A DNA stretch of 64,000 bases. It comes from a virus. The notes under the pieces were generated by a model that searched no databases, was not told the DNA's origin, and worked only from the letters and a program-made list of their open reading frames with translations. Both the position numbers and the translations under genes were made by a program. Below, piece by piece: positions 38,467-48,813 of the stretch. Position 1 is the first letter of the stretch, and every line of letters begins with the position of its first letter. The stretch spans positions 160,001-224,000 of IMG/VR virus record IMGVR_UViG_3300045988_177154; one strand, given 5' to 3'.

Positions 38467-39432
38467 ATGAAAATGAATAAAAAAATTGCTGTAGCTTGTG
38501 CTACGTTGTTATCAATCGTAACATTTGCAGCTTGTGCTCATAAATCAGATGTGCTTGTTTCTATGAAAACAGGCGACATTACAAGTGAGAAATTTTTTGC
38601 ACAAATTAAATCAAATCCAACAGTTCAGACTTTACTTTCAAATGAAGTTATCTCTACTGCTTTAGAAGATAAATATAAAGACAAAGTAACTTCTGATGAT
38701 GTAGAAAAAGAATACGAAAAAATGAAAGAGCAATATGGCGACCAATTCCAATCTGCACTTGTTGCTGCTGGATTAACAGAAAACACTTATAAAGCTCAAT
38801 TACGTTCCACTCTATTACTTGATTATGCTGTTAAAACTGCAGCTGAACAAGAATTAAAAGACGCTGACTATGAAGAAGCTTTTAAATCTTACACTCCAAC
38901 TATGACAGTTAAATTCGTTAAAACAAAAACAAAAGATGAAGCAAAAACTGTTGTAGATGAACTCAAAAAAGAAACAGCCGTTGATACACTTGTTGCTAAA
39001 TATGGCACATTATCAAAAGCTGACCAAAAAACTGGTGAATTAACTTTTGACTCAACTACTAAAGATGTAGAACCTGAATTACTTGCTCAAATTACTCCAA
39101 TGGAAGTTAATAAAGTATCAGAACCAATTGCAATCACTGACCGTAAAACTTATGAAACTGTTTATTACGTTGTGAAAGTAACTAAAAAAGATGCTAAAAA
39201 AGAAACTTGGAAAGATTATGAAACAATCTTAAAAGATTACATTATCAATAAAAAAGCTTCTGATAAGAATTATGCTAAACAAGTTGTATCAGAATTACTT
39301 AAAGAGTACAAAGTAGAAGTCAAAGACGAAGCATTTAAAAATGTTATTGAACAATACTTAAATCATAAAAATACTGAAACAACTGAAGCAACAGAAACTT
39401 CTGAAACAACTTCTACTACAGAAGCAAAATAA
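38467..39432 (+). CDS. prsA: foldase lipoprotein PrsA/PpmA-like
   Basis: Lipobox FAAC. Collinear with streptococcal PpmA/PrsA (SMK.GDIT...F..IKSNP..Q.LL; YTP..T; ITFDS). Confidence 0.85.
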   Translation: MKMNKKIAVACATLLSIVTFAACAHKSDVLVSMKTGDITSEKFFAQIKSNPTVQTLLSNEVISTALEDKYKDKVTSDDVEKEYEKMKEQYGDQFQSALVAAGLTENTYKAQLRSTLLLDYAVKTAAEQELKDADYEEAFKSYTPTMTVKFVKTKTKDEAKTVVDELKKETAVDTLVAKYGTLSKADQKTGELTFDSTTKDVEPELLAQITPMEVNKVSEPIAITDRKTYETVYYVVKVTKKDAKKETWKDYETILKDYIINKKASDKNYAKQVVSELLKEYKVEVKDEAFKNVIEQYLNHKNTETTEATETSETTSTTEAK

Positions 39433-39437
39433 ACACA

Positions 39438-39595
39438 AAAAAGAGCTATAAAATATAGCTCTTTTTCTTTTTATTTCAAACTGTAAAATAAGCGACTTTA
39501 AGCTGTTTTACTGGATAGTCGATACATTTATCGAAATCCAGTTTAAACTGTTTTAGCGTTCGCTATATGACGATATAACAACCCTCAAAAGCAGT
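39438..39595 (+). repeat. dispersed intergenic repeat, copy R7, including the prsA terminator
   Basis: Terminator aaagagctataaaatatagctcttt, then ctgtaaaataagcgactttaagctgtttt, TCGATACATTTATCGA (39519-39534) and tgacgatataacaaccctc. Inverted partner at 51190-51340. Confidence 0.85.
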
Positions 39596-39620
39596 ACTAG
39601 AAAAAAGAGTAAATGAAAAT

Positions 39621-39911
39621 TTACTCTTTTTCTAATTTTTTCTCATAATTGAATAACGAGGTTGCCACAACGACTGAAAATAGAGTTGTACTAACAGAAG
39701 TGATAATAAAATATTTTTTACTTTCATTAGCTAATCTTTCTTCTTTGTTTTTTAAGTTCTCTGGTTCATCATTGATTAAAAGCTTTACTTCTTCTAATCT
39801 ATCTCTTACTCCACTTAATTGTAAATTTGTGTCAATCATAATCCAAAATGAAGTAACTGAAGTTGCTAATAAAGCAAGTGAAATAATAATTGTTGCAATT
39901 GTCTTTTTCAT
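39621..39911 (-). CDS. hypothetical 2-TM protein
   Basis: The minus-strand frame is preferred over the mirror ORF at 39649-39939 (+) because it sits 2 nt downstream of the co-oriented gene at 39913-40767. Confidence 0.4.
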   Translation of the reverse strand: MKKTIATIIISLALLATSVTSFWIMIDTNLQLSGVRDRLEEVKLLINDEPENLKNKEERLANESKKYFIITSVSTTLFSVVVATSLFNYEKKLEKE

Positions 39912-39912
39912 A

Positions 39913-40767
39913 TTAAATAAAATTCCTATAATAACTTGATAACTTTAATCCAGTTGAATATTTGTTAGGCTTTAATCTTAACTTACGATTCTTAATTTTT
40001 CTCCAATGTGTAAGAGTTAAATCAATATCCGGATTTTCTAAATTCTTTTCATGAGTACTTTCTCTTGGTTCAAAATCACTAATGTTAATATCTGGGAAAT
40101 ACTCATATCCATTATAAAGTGTTTCTTCTTTGATAAAGAATAAATCAGTAACTCTAGTGTAATATGTTTCAAATAATTCTAATCCACCAATAATAAAGAT
40201 TTCTTTTTCTGTATCATTTTTTAGCGCTGATAATGGGTTAGGATAAACATTTACATTTCTATAATTTTGAGGATTAACTTCTGCTCTTCTTACATTACCA
40301 ATAATTCTGTATTCTGTCTTTTTATATTTCTTCGGTAATGCTAAATAAGTTTCTTTATCAAGTATTACTATATTATCTTTGAGTAATTTTTCAAAAATAT
40401 TATAAACAACTTCATTATATGTTCCGTATTTGTCAACACTATCTAAACAAAAGATTTCATCAATACGAGCTAAGAAGTTAATTCTTTCTTTTTTGTTTTT
40501 AATTGATTTGTTATAAGCTCTGTTAATGGCTTTATCAATTCGCTCAGGTATATCTTTATTTTTTGTTTCACCTGTTTGAGTTCGTTTATAGAGACTATAA
40601 ATGGATTTGAAAACAATTTCTTTGAAGTCAACATCATTTGAAGCTAGGATTTGTTCTATTTTTGATTTTGAAATAAAATCGCCAAAGATATTCCAAGCTT
40701 CTTTTTCTTCATACAAAATGCCTTCTGCATCATAAATAGGCTCAAATTTAAAGTTAATTTTTGTCAT
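39913..40767 (-). CDS. protein with a dihydrofolate reductase-like C-terminal domain and an extra N-terminal region
   Basis: VILDKETYLALP....YRIIGN and EIFIIGGLELFETYY.....LFFIKEE......YFPD....DFE parallel the DHFR motifs VIMGR.TWESI..LPGR.NI.LS and IMVIGGG.VY..FL.....LYLT.I......FPD. Confidence 0.45.
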   Translation of the reverse strand: MTKINFKFEPIYDAEGILYEEKEAWNIFGDFISKSKIEQILASNDVDFKEIVFKSIYSLYKRTQTGETKNKDIPERIDKAINRAYNKSIKNKKERINFLARIDEIFCLDSVDKYGTYNEVVYNIFEKLLKDNIVILDKETYLALPKKYKKTEYRIIGNVRRAEVNPQNYRNVNVYPNPLSALKNDTEKEIFIIGGLELFETYYTRVTDLFFIKEETLYNGYEYFPDINISDFEPRESTHEKNLENPDIDLTLTHWRKIKNRKLRLKPNKYSTGLKLSSYYRNFI

Positions 40768-40789
40768 AATTCAATCTTCCTATTTTGTT

Positions 40790-40808
40790 CTTATAGTTTT
40801 ATTATTCC
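40790..40808 (-). promoter_or_regulatory. conserved promoter-like motif variant (reverse complement GGAATAATAAAACTATAAG)
   Basis: Upstream of 40767 on the minus strand. Confidence 0.5.
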
Positions 40809-40855
40809 TTTCTAGCTAAAAAAGTCAAGTAGTTAATACTACCTGACTTTTCATT

Positions 40856-41887
40856 TTATCTATGTCCTTTAACATAAGAGAATTGGCTTGCTGAAGCAGC
40901 ATCGAATACTCTATATGATACAACTCCTAAACCTTGGAAATTAGATTCAGAAATTAAGATAGAACCATCAGGTCTTACATCTTCAACGAAAGCAACGTGG
41001 CCGTAAAAATCAATAGCACCTGCTTGACCTGGTGCGAATGACAAAGCATCACCAATTTCTGGTTTGTTTGATACAGTATAACCAGGTTTTAATCTCCAGT
41101 CCCCACCGTTCCCCATATATGGGCCGAATGAAATTCCGAATTGTGCAGCTCTGTTATATACGTACCAAGTACATTGACCCCAAGGGTATGTTGCTGAGGT
41201 ATAACCAGATGTATCAATAGCTTTGCTTAATTTAAAACCATTTGGAACTGAACTTGATGTTGTTCCACCTGATACATATGAAATTCTAGCATAATATTGA
41301 GAAGCTTCTTGTTTTGCATCTTCTACTGCTTTATTATACTCTTTTTCAATTTTATCTACTTCTTGTTTCTTGTCTTTTTCTTTAGCAACAGCTTCATATA
41401 AACGAGCTTTTGCTTTATCAACTTCTGTTGTAGATTTATCTAAATTAGCTTTTGCCTTAGCAGCTTCTAATTTATAGTTAACTACTGTTGAATCTTCATT
41501 ACCTAAAAGATTGCCAGTATTTGTATTTTCAAACAATTTACCGGTATCTTTGTTAATTTCTTCTTCTGACAATCCAATAGCTTTCAACTTTTCTTGTTCA
41601 ATCTTTGTTTTGTCATGTGCGTTTTTAACTGAATCTTTTGTTTGTTCAGAATCAGTATTAAGTTTGTCATAGGCTTCTTGAAGTGATTTAGATTCTTTAG
41701 TTAATTTATCTAAATCAGACTTTGCTGAAGTCAATTGAGATTTCAATTGGGTTAAATAATTCGCTGTTACTTCAGAAACTTCAACTTCGCCAATTGTAGC
41801 TTCGTTAGCAAATGCTGGACTTACACTCATAAGAGATGTGAACATTGCCAACATTACTACGCTCTTAAAAAGTTTGTTTTTCTTCAT
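40856..41887 (-). CDS. secreted coiled-coil plus CHAP-domain peptidoglycan hydrolase (PcsB-like)
   Basis: Signal peptide, long coiled coil, and a CHAP domain with GQCTWYVYNRA (Cys) and GHVAFVE (His). Confidence 0.85.
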   Translation of the reverse strand: MKKNKLFKSVVMLAMFTSLMSVSPAFANEATIGEVEVSEVTANYLTQLKSQLTSAKSDLDKLTKESKSLQEAYDKLNTDSEQTKDSVKNAHDKTKIEQEKLKAIGLSEEEINKDTGKLFENTNTGNLLGNEDSTVVNYKLEAAKAKANLDKSTTEVDKAKARLYEAVAKEKDKKQEVDKIEKEYNKAVEDAKQEASQYYARISYVSGGTTSSSVPNGFKLSKAIDTSGYTSATYPWGQCTWYVYNRAAQFGISFGPYMGNGGDWRLKPGYTVSNKPEIGDALSFAPGQAGAIDFYGHVAFVEDVRPDGSILISESNFQGLGVVSYRVFDAASASQFSYVKGHR

Positions 41888-42027
41888 TTGAGCTCCTTTA
41901 TTAAAAATTTTTATAGTAAACTATATCAATAAAAATCGAATATTTTTCTTTATTTTTTCTTCTTTTTGTTAATAAAAAGAAAAGATAGGAATTAGAATAA
42001 CCCCTATCTTTGTTATTAGCTTAATGT

Positions 42028-42198
42028 TTAAGCAGTTTTGGGTAAGTGTGTTACTGGATAATTTGCTTTATAGAATAAGTTACCAGCATTCATATGATGC
42101 TTAAACTCTTTTTCATCAATCCAAAAATTATGTCCTAATGTACGAACTTCATATTTGGTTCCAGTTTCGGTTTGTTTTGTTTTTCGTGTAAAAATCAT
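42028..42198 (-). CDS. small hypothetical protein (56 aa), absent from the ORF track
   Basis: GAAAGGA RBS, ATG at 42198-42196, and a strong minus-strand terminator (aagatagggg..cctatctttt) just downstream. Confidence 0.35.
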   Translation of the reverse strand: MIFTRKTKQTETGTKYEVRTLGHNFWIDEKEFKHHMNAGNLFYKANYPVTHLPKTA

Positions 42199-42215
42199 TT
42201 TATTTATATTCCTTT

Positions 42216-42461
42216 CTATTTTTTAAGAATTTTACGAGCTTGACGGTAAGCTTTGTCTTCAACACGTTCTAAATCTTTTTCAAGTTTAATGCCGTGTTTC
42301 TTTGAATAAGCAACAATAGCTTTATTTTCTGAAATAAAACCTTGTCCGTCATTAGTGTCTAGTACATCACCATCTTTACTTACAACTACATAACGTTTTT
42401 CGCTATGTTGTTTAGTTAAATGGTCACTTACAATAGCTTTAAAATCTTTCATAAGATTCAC
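42216..42461 (-). CDS. hypothetical small protein
   Basis: AAAGGTG RBS; no family recognised. Confidence 0.45.
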   Translation of the reverse strand: MNLMKDFKAIVSDHLTKQHSEKRYVVVSKDGDVLDTNDGQGFISENKAIVAYSKKHGIKLEKDLERVEDKAYRQARKILKK

Positions 42462-42491
42462 CTTTTCTATTTTATTTTTATAGTTATTTTA

Positions 42492-43187
42492 TCAAATTTT
42501 TACCTTTCTGTCAATCGTTTTCTTAATTTCAGAAAGAATTAAATCATTATCTGATAAAACATCTTCAGTAAGAATTAAATCGAAATCTTTATATTCTAAA
42601 TAGCTTGTTTCACTTGGGTGATTAAATGCTTCTTTATTTGGTAATATACCATCTCGATTTAAAAGATTTTCAATTTGCTTCTCTTTTGAAATATCCAATT
42701 GAATAGTAATTCCATTAAGTTCAGAAACACCTTTTAATTCATTAGGGAAACGACCATCTGTTATAAGAGCTACATTTCCTAATTTATTTATTTCTAAAAT
42801 TTTATTAACTGTTTTCTGAACCCAATAATTTTCATTATTCTTTCTTCTTACATCAGTACCCCAATATTGAAGCATAAAACGTATAGTTGAATTTTTCTTT
42901 TTAACAGTTAACTCATTTATATCTTTAAAAGCAATCATTGCTATATATAATGGTTTTATTTCATCTTTTGATACGTTCATTTCATAAGCAATATGTTCTA
43001 AACTTGAATTGTTTCTAATTAAATTGATAATATGTTCAACTTCTTCTTTTAAAGCATCAGCAAATGAAATTTTCTCTATATTGGAGAAGCTGTTTTTAAT
43101 TAAATTACCAACATAATCCTTTCCATAACCCATTTTACCAGCAATAACAATTGCTGGTACGAATTTTGAATCAATTTTATTTTCCAT
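42492..43187 (-). CDS. P-loop deoxynucleoside monophosphate kinase-like protein
   Basis: The P-loop-like GKMGYGKD and the ITDGRFPNE motif resemble phage-type dNMP kinases (D.RFPNE). Confidence 0.5.
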   Translation of the reverse strand: MENKIDSKFVPAIVIAGKMGYGKDYVGNLIKNSFSNIEKISFADALKEEVEHIINLIRNNSSLEHIAYEMNVSKDEIKPLYIAMIAFKDINELTVKKKNSTIRFMLQYWGTDVRRKNNENYWVQKTVNKILEINKLGNVALITDGRFPNELKGVSELNGITIQLDISKEKQIENLLNRDGILPNKEAFNHPSETSYLEYKDFDLILTEDVLSDNDLILSEIKKTIDRKVKI

Positions 43188-43527
43188 TTTGTGTTTTTAA
43201 CCTTTTTGAAATCTTGTAAGCAAGAATTGTATCTTGATGAGCTAAAACTAAAGTTTTAATAAAACGAATATTCATGAGATATTCAGCATCAATAACTTCA
43301 AATGTTCTATTTTCTTCAACTAATAATTCAATTGCTTCATTTCTGTTGCATAATTCACTAGGGTTAATTGATTCTGTAAAAGTACCACGTGGGCTTTCTT
43401 TTACTTTTGTAGTATATTCCTTTAGGATATTTTTAGCTGTTTTATATTTGTCGCTTAAGTTATCAGCAATCTTATCTAACTGCTCTACTTGTGCCATAAT
43501 TAGTTCAATGTATTCAGTATTTTCCAT
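43177..43527 (-). CDS. hypothetical protein
   Basis: First gene downstream of the conserved motif at 43588-43608; overlaps the next gene by 11 nt. Confidence 0.45.
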   Translation of the reverse strand: MENTEYIELIMAQVEQLDKIADNLSDKYKTAKNILKEYTTKVKESPRGTFTESINPSELCNRNEAIELLVEENRTFEVIDAEYLMNIRFIKTLVLAHQDTILAYKISKRLKTQNGK

Positions 43528-43587
43528 AAATCCTTTCCTTGTATTTTCTTTTTAGGTTGGTACAGAACTTATAACAATAAGTTCATG

Positions 43588-43608
43588 CCTTATAGTTATA
43601 TTATTCCA
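43588..43608 (-). promoter_or_regulatory. conserved promoter-like motif (reverse complement TGGAATAATATAACTATAAGG)
   Basis: Exact reverse-complement match to 6190-6210. Confidence 0.6.
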
Positions 43609-43764
43609 TTTTAGCCAATTGCTTGAAACTTTTTCATAAAATATTTATTTTTATCACATTTTATTAACTTTTTTAACATTGCTCAAATATTGCTATAATA
43701 ACGATAGCTCCGTTTTTGATATACGCTTTTGATTTATAAATTTTTTTACAAAAGGAGAATAACA

Positions 43765-46395
43765 TTGAGCAAAAAATTTCTATTATCTCAATCTGCAACT
43801 ACAAAAGTTGCAATAGGACTTGCTACAATTGGTGGGATTGGAGCAGTTGGTCATCATGTTATCAATCAAGCGATTGATGCTCAAGCAGAAGCAAAAGAAC
43901 AATCTGCTAACAAAGATGTAACAGAATTAAATACTTTTTCAGAAGTTTTGTTACCCAAAAAGGTCTCAAGCATTTTAGATTCACCTATTGGGCCAGTTGA
44001 TTCTAATATTTTTGAGTCTGATAAAAAAGTAGAACTAAGTTCTTTAAACTTAGAAAATTCTACAAGAGTAGAAAATGAAACTATACCTTTTGAAACAGAA
44101 ATTAAATATAATGATGATAAACCATCTAATTATGTAAATCTAATTCAAGAGGGGAGTAACGGTGCACGTACTACTACTTTCATTGATTCATTTGATGAAA
44201 ATGGTAAACTTATCCAATCTGTAAAAACACTTGAAGAAAATGAAGAACCAAGAAAACAGATTATTGAGATTGGTACAAAAAATGTCGAGCAATCAGATGA
44301 AGTTAATACTCCAACAGAAATAATTTCTAATGGAACTAATTCTAATATAGAATTAGACTCTAAAACAATCATTGAAACTATCCCTAAAGAAACAATCTAT
44401 ACTATTGATGAAAATTTAAGTAAAGATGAATCTTATACCATCAAGGGTGAAGATGGATTAAAAGAAGTAAGTACTAATACTGTATCTGTTAATGGTGTTG
44501 ATGTTCACAAAGAAGTCACTCATGAAGAAGTAATCAATCCAGCAATTCATGATGTTACTTATATTTCAGAAGAAGCTTATAATAAGAAAATTGCTTCAGA
44601 AGATTTAAAAGAAATCAAAGTAGAAGAAACTACTGAAACAACGACAAAAAATACTACCACCGAAGAAGTAACAGAGAATACTACTGAAGCAATAACAGAA
44701 AATACAACGACAACAGAAAGCATTACTGAACCTACTACTGAAAATACTACCGAAACGACAACAGAAAGCACCATTGAAACAACAACAGAAAACACTATTC
44801 AAGAAAGAAAAGTAACAAAAGAAGAAAGAAATACTACTTCTAAAATATTACAATTCCAAACTACAGTTATTGAAGATGAAAACTTATCAGAGGGTCAAGT
44901 TGTTGTTGAGCAATTAGGAATGAACGGGTCAGAATATGATGTTTACCAAGATACTTTTGTTGATGGTAATCTCGTATCTTCTACCATTGTTAGAACTGTA
45001 ACGACTGAGCCTGTAAATCAAATAGAAAGACATGGCACAAAGAAAGATGAAACAAAAGGACCTGGCCCAAGTGATGAAGTTAGAGAAACTTTACATGAAG
45101 ATAAAAGAGGAATACCTGGTGCAGAGTCAGTCCAAAAAGTAGTTAAAGAAACAACTACTAAAGACTTGAGAATAGAAGTTGTTTATGATGAAACAATGCC
45201 AGATGGTACTGAGGAAGTAATAGAAGAAGGTAAACCAGAAACTACTGAAATTACTTATAAAATTACATCTGTTAATGATGAAGTTATTTCTAAAGAAAAA
45301 ATGAATGAAGAAGTAACACAACAAGCTATTACTCGTGTTGTAAAAAGAGGTACTGGTAAAACTACTAAATCTTATGACAATACTATAACAAAAATTCCAT
45401 TTGAAACAGAAACTATTCAAGATGATACTTTATTACCAGAAGAAAGTTATACTAAACAAGAAGGCTTGCCAGGTTCAGAAGTAACAGAATATGAATTAAC
45501 ATATATGAATGGCAATCTTGTTTCAAAAGAAGTAACTTCTACTCATAGAATTAAAGAACCAACAAAAGAAATTAAAGTTGTTGGAACTAAAGTTATTCAA
45601 AATAATTCTAATAATAATTATCAATCAGGTGCAGTTAAGAATGGAAATGTGGTTGATTTAGGAAAAACTAGAGACATTACATTGAAACAAGGTTTAGATG
45701 ATTACGATTCGCTACCTAATGGAATTACTGTACAATACTTTACTATAACTGATGATACTCCATTAGAAAAAATTGTAACTCTATCCGAAGATGAACGTTA
45801 TCAAAAATCAGACAAAGAATATTACAATAGTATGGTTGTAAGTCATGACGGATTAAATATTGAGTCTGGTATTCCATTATCTCAAGGTGGAGCAGATTAC
45901 ATTAACGAACATTTAGATAGTAATCTCCTTGCTATGTATATGGAACAATACATCAATGAGTTAAGAGCTTCATTAGGTAAAAAACCATTACGATACAAAG
46001 CTGAACTTCAACAAGGAACTCAACAACGTGCTGATGAACAAGCAAATATTGGTTCATTAAGAAGTAATGGAAGAGCTCATACTAGACCAGATGGAACAGA
46101 ATTTAGAACTGCGTTCACTTATTTAAACAAGAATGGATTAAAAGATAAAGAACAAGAATTAGGCGAAAATACTGCTCAATTTTCTTCAAACAATCCATAC
46201 ACATTAACTTCTGAAAAGAAAATTGCTGAAACATTGTTTAATCATTGGAAAAACTCCCCAGGCCATTATGCTAATATGATTTCAGACAATTATAAATATT
46301 TCTCATTTGCAGCTTCTGTTGGAAGAACAAGTGCAAACATGGAAGAATATTCAGAACTTTATCCAGTAATTGTGGGTGTACAAATATTTCAATAA
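43765..46395 (+). CDS. secreted or anchored protein with multiple G5 domains and a C-terminal SCP/CAP (YkwD-like) domain
   Basis: TTG start 7 nt after AAAGGAG. Repeated G5-like units (..E.G..G......Y.....NG........T.....P...I...GT). The C-terminus NHWKNSPGHYANM is CAP/SCP-like. Confidence 0.65.
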   Translation: MSKKFLLSQSATTKVAIGLATIGGIGAVGHHVINQAIDAQAEAKEQSANKDVTELNTFSEVLLPKKVSSILDSPIGPVDSNIFESDKKVELSSLNLENSTRVENETIPFETEIKYNDDKPSNYVNLIQEGSNGARTTTFIDSFDENGKLIQSVKTLEENEEPRKQIIEIGTKNVEQSDEVNTPTEIISNGTNSNIELDSKTIIETIPKETIYTIDENLSKDESYTIKGEDGLKEVSTNTVSVNGVDVHKEVTHEEVINPAIHDVTYISEEAYNKKIASEDLKEIKVEETTETTTKNTTTEEVTENTTEAITENTTTTESITEPTTENTTETTTESTIETTTENTIQERKVTKEERNTTSKILQFQTTVIEDENLSEGQVVVEQLGMNGSEYDVYQDTFVDGNLVSSTIVRTVTTEPVNQIERHGTKKDETKGPGPSDEVRETLHEDKRGIPGAESVQKVVKETTTKDLRIEVVYDETMPDGTEEVIEEGKPETTEITYKITSVNDEVISKEKMNEEVTQQAITRVVKRGTGKTTKSYDNTITKIPFETETIQDDTLLPEESYTKQEGLPGSEVTEYELTYMNGNLVSKEVTSTHRIKEPTKEIKVVGTKVIQNNSNNNYQSGAVKNGNVVDLGKTRDITLKQGLDDYDSLPNGITVQYFTITDDTPLEKIVTLSEDERYQKSDKEYYNSMVVSHDGLNIESGIPLSQGGADYINEHLDSNLLAMYMEQYINELRASLGKKPLRYKAELQQGTQQRADEQANIGSLRSNGRAHTRPDGTEFRTAFTYLNKNGLKDKEQELGENTAQFSSNNPYTLTSEKKIAETLFNHWKNSPGHYANMISDNYKYFSFAASVGRTSANMEEYSELYPVIVGVQIFQ

Positions 46396-46399
46396 AAAA

Positions 46400-46433
46400 T
46401 AAAAAGTACTAGATTTCTCTAGTACTTTTTTAT
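46400..46433. terminator. bidirectional terminator
   Basis: Stem aaaagtactag/ctagtactttt. Confidence 0.8.
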
Positions 46434-46675
46434 TCATCTTCTTCTAAGTAATCTTCAAGTGGTAATTGATTTAACAATTCTTTTAGAGCAATCAATTCTT
46501 GAGCAGAAAATGTCATACCTTTACCTGCTTTTTCATAATCTTCACTCCATGTACGAATGTCGAATTTAGGTGAGTAAACACCCCAACTTGTGAGTGTTAA
46601 TTGCTTTTTAGAAAAGTCTTGGTCTTCGCCAAGGAAACCAAATACTTGTTTTACTTCTTTTACAATTTTAGCCAT
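46430..46675 (-). CDS. PC4/YdbC-like single-stranded DNA-binding protein
   Basis: LTLTSWGVYSPKFDIRTWSEDYEKAGKGMTFSAQELIALKELL matches the bacterial YdbC/PC4-like pattern (SWNG..PKYDIR.W.......GKGITL...E...L). Confidence 0.6.
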   Translation of the reverse strand: MAKIVKEVKQVFGFLGEDQDFSKKQLTLTSWGVYSPKFDIRTWSEDYEKAGKGMTFSAQELIALKELLNQLPLEDYLEEDE

Positions 46676-46768
46676 ATGTAAGCTCCTTATTAGTTTTTAT
46701 ATTTATATTATACAATAAATTGCTAGAAAAAACAAGAATAATCAATATTACTCTTGTTTTTCTTTAGT

Positions 46769-47041
46769 TTAATTTAATGAATTTTTAACTGAAGATGAAA
46801 CCTTGAATTTCAAAGTACGTGACTCTGGAATTTCGATTGCTTTACCAGTTTGTGGATTATGTCCTTTACGAGCAGGTCTTACTACTTGTTCAAAATACCC
46901 AAAAGGTACTTTTACTTTATTATCTTTCGAGTGTTCCAATACTAAACCGAACACATCTTCAATTGTTTCTAAAGCTTCTTTTTGAGTAATCTCACGTTTC
47001 TCAGCAAGAGCTTTTGCTAAATCTTTAACACTAATTGTCAT
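46769..47041 (-). CDS. hup: HU/IHF-family DNA-binding protein
   Basis: 90 aa with K.LA..LAEK...T...A......VF......F.....R.AR.G.NPQTG..I.I....L.FK. Confidence 0.85.
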   Translation of the reverse strand: MTISVKDLAKALAEKREITQKEALETIEDVFGLVLEHSKDNKVKVPFGYFEQVVRPARKGHNPQTGKAIEIPESRTLKFKVSSSVKNSLN

Positions 47042-47168
47042 AATTTATCTTCTCCATTTAGGGTGTATATATTTTTATTTTTGTATTTTAAAAATCTGTA
47101 TTTTCTAAGCCACCCTTGCTTAATTTTCAGAAAATACAGATTTTATTAGTTTTTATATCAGAATAAGT

Positions 47169-47633
47169 CTAAAATAGGTCTAAGTAAGTAATGTTTTCAA
47201 GTTTTTTGTAGAATGAATGGAGCGTTCCGTTAATTAAAATCAAATCAAGAATTTCCGGTGCTAAACTATCTTCCACATAAGTTTCCACTTCAAATTTATA
47301 TTTTAACAATACAGATTCTAATTCTTCTTCAGTTAGATTTACTGTAGCCAATCCTTTAAAGAATTTTTCCTTATTTGTTAATGAATGAATTAGTTTATCA
47401 ACTTCTTCTTGTTCAAGAATTTCGTTAATATGTACAACTTCATCTTTTGGTACAATAAATTCACTTGTAATCTTTAATTCGCCATCTTGATAATAAGCTG
47501 CATTTGAAATTAAAGAATATTCTGGGTATTCAGTTATTCCTAACACTAAAAATAATTTATGTAGCTCAACCACATTATCAAAGTAAACTCCTAAATCACC
47601 TAACTGAAATTTAATCAAATTTTTATTCATCAT
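47169..47633 (-). CDS. hypothetical protein
   Basis: AAAGGAG RBS; no family recognised. Confidence 0.5.
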   Translation of the reverse strand: MMNKNLIKFQLGDLGVYFDNVVELHKLFLVLGITEYPEYSLISNAAYYQDGELKITSEFIVPKDEVVHINEILEQEEVDKLIHSLTNKEKFFKGLATVNLTEEELESVLLKYKFEVETYVEDSLAPEILDLILINGTLHSFYKKLENITYLDLF

Positions 47634-47684
47634 TTTTGCTCTCCTTTATTTCTAAAAATATTATACAACAATTTTTTAAATTTG

Positions 47685-48491
47685 TCAAATACTTTTATTC
47701 TTTAATATTTTTATTTTCTTTTTAAGCTTTTTGTCAGTTAAGTTATCTTCATTTACTTTCTTGAATGAAACTAAAATCGAAGCATCTGTATAATCCCAAA
47801 TATTTTCAGTTTCATCATTTGTTACAATATAAGCTCTGGGATTATGGTCAGAAATTCTAACTAGAAAATTATCTCCTTTAGCTTCATTTATATCCGGTCT
47901 TATTCTATATTCATAACCATTTCTATCTAAGTAATCAACAGTATCTTTCAATGAGGATTTATCGAATAAGAAATAAGAACTTGCTGAAGCTCTTGAAAAA
48001 GATTTGTCTGTAATATTCTTTTCATTGTGGAAATAAAGTTTAGAAGCTTGCTCTCTATATTCAATAATGTTATTGAACTCCTCTTGGAGTTTTTTAGATT
48101 TTTCTCTTTCTGCTTTGTAAAAGTTATCATGTTCTTTGAAGTTTGCAATAAATTCTTCTTTAGTAGGACATTTTCGTTTATTTCTTTTCATAACTTTTTG
48201 GAGTTTTTCATATTGAGAATTAGCTTGTTCTAGTAATAATTCTTCTCTATATTTTGCTTTATTTAAACGAACTTCCATATTTTGCGTATCAACTATTTCT
48301 TCAATTTTACAATGTTTATACAAAGTAACTTCTGTTGTTATATTTCTAGCAATAAAATCATTCAAATTATCTGAATATAATTGAGCTTTCTCTACTGTAT
48401 CAAAATGAGGTGAAATACTTTCATAAGGACAGTTACCTTTCTTAGCTTTACAAATACTTGGTTTACCATTTGGCCCAACATGATAAGTCAT
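47685..48491 (-). CDS. HCCH-module family protein 4
   Basis: N-terminus TYHVGPNGKPSICKAKKGNCPYESISPHFDTVEKAQLYSD. Confidence 0.7.
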   Translation of the reverse strand: MTYHVGPNGKPSICKAKKGNCPYESISPHFDTVEKAQLYSDNLNDFIARNITTEVTLYKHCKIEEIVDTQNMEVRLNKAKYREELLLEQANSQYEKLQKVMKRNKRKCPTKEEFIANFKEHDNFYKAEREKSKKLQEEFNNIIEYREQASKLYFHNEKNITDKSFSRASASSYFLFDKSSLKDTVDYLDRNGYEYRIRPDINEAKGDNFLVRISDHNPRAYIVTNDETENIWDYTDASILVSFKKVNEDNLTDKKLKKKIKILKNKSI

Positions 48492-48494
48492 TAT

Positions 48495-48737
48495 CTATTC
48501 CTCTTGATGATTTTTTAAATATGTTTCAAAAGGTAAAATATAATTTTTATATTCATTTGGATATTTTTCTTTGATTTGTTCTAGTTCATAAACATACGGT
48601 GTATATTTCACAACTAATCTTTTGCTAAGATAATTTGTTGCTAATGAAACGTATCTTTTACCAGAATCTTCATCAAGATTTGCTTTATGAATCGTATAAA
48701 TTACACCTTCTAAAACAGCATTATATTTTTTATTCAT
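48495..48737 (-). CDS. hypothetical small protein
   Basis: Directly upstream of 47685-48491 with a 3-nt gap; AAGGAG RBS. Confidence 0.5.
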   Translation of the reverse strand: MNKKYNAVLEGVIYTIHKANLDEDSGKRYVSLATNYLSKRLVVKYTPYVYELEQIKEKYPNEYKNYILPFETYLKNHQEE

Positions 48738-48813
48738 TTGCTTTCTCCTTATTTATTTTTTAAAAATATCATTCTTTTCTTGATATAAAAATTAAAAAAG
48801 AGGTTATCAAGCA

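Noticed and set aside
39649-39939. Plus-strand 96-aa ORF mirroring 39621-39911
   Set aside because: The two overlap exactly in antisense. The minus-strand frame is co-oriented and tightly spaced with the upstream minus gene and encodes clean TM helices.
44577-44810. Thr/Glu/Asn-rich TTENTTE tract in the G5/SCP protein as a DNA tandem repeat or phase-variation locus
   Set aside because: The repeats are degenerate at the nucleotide level, with no perfect tandem units. It is most simply a low-complexity linker.
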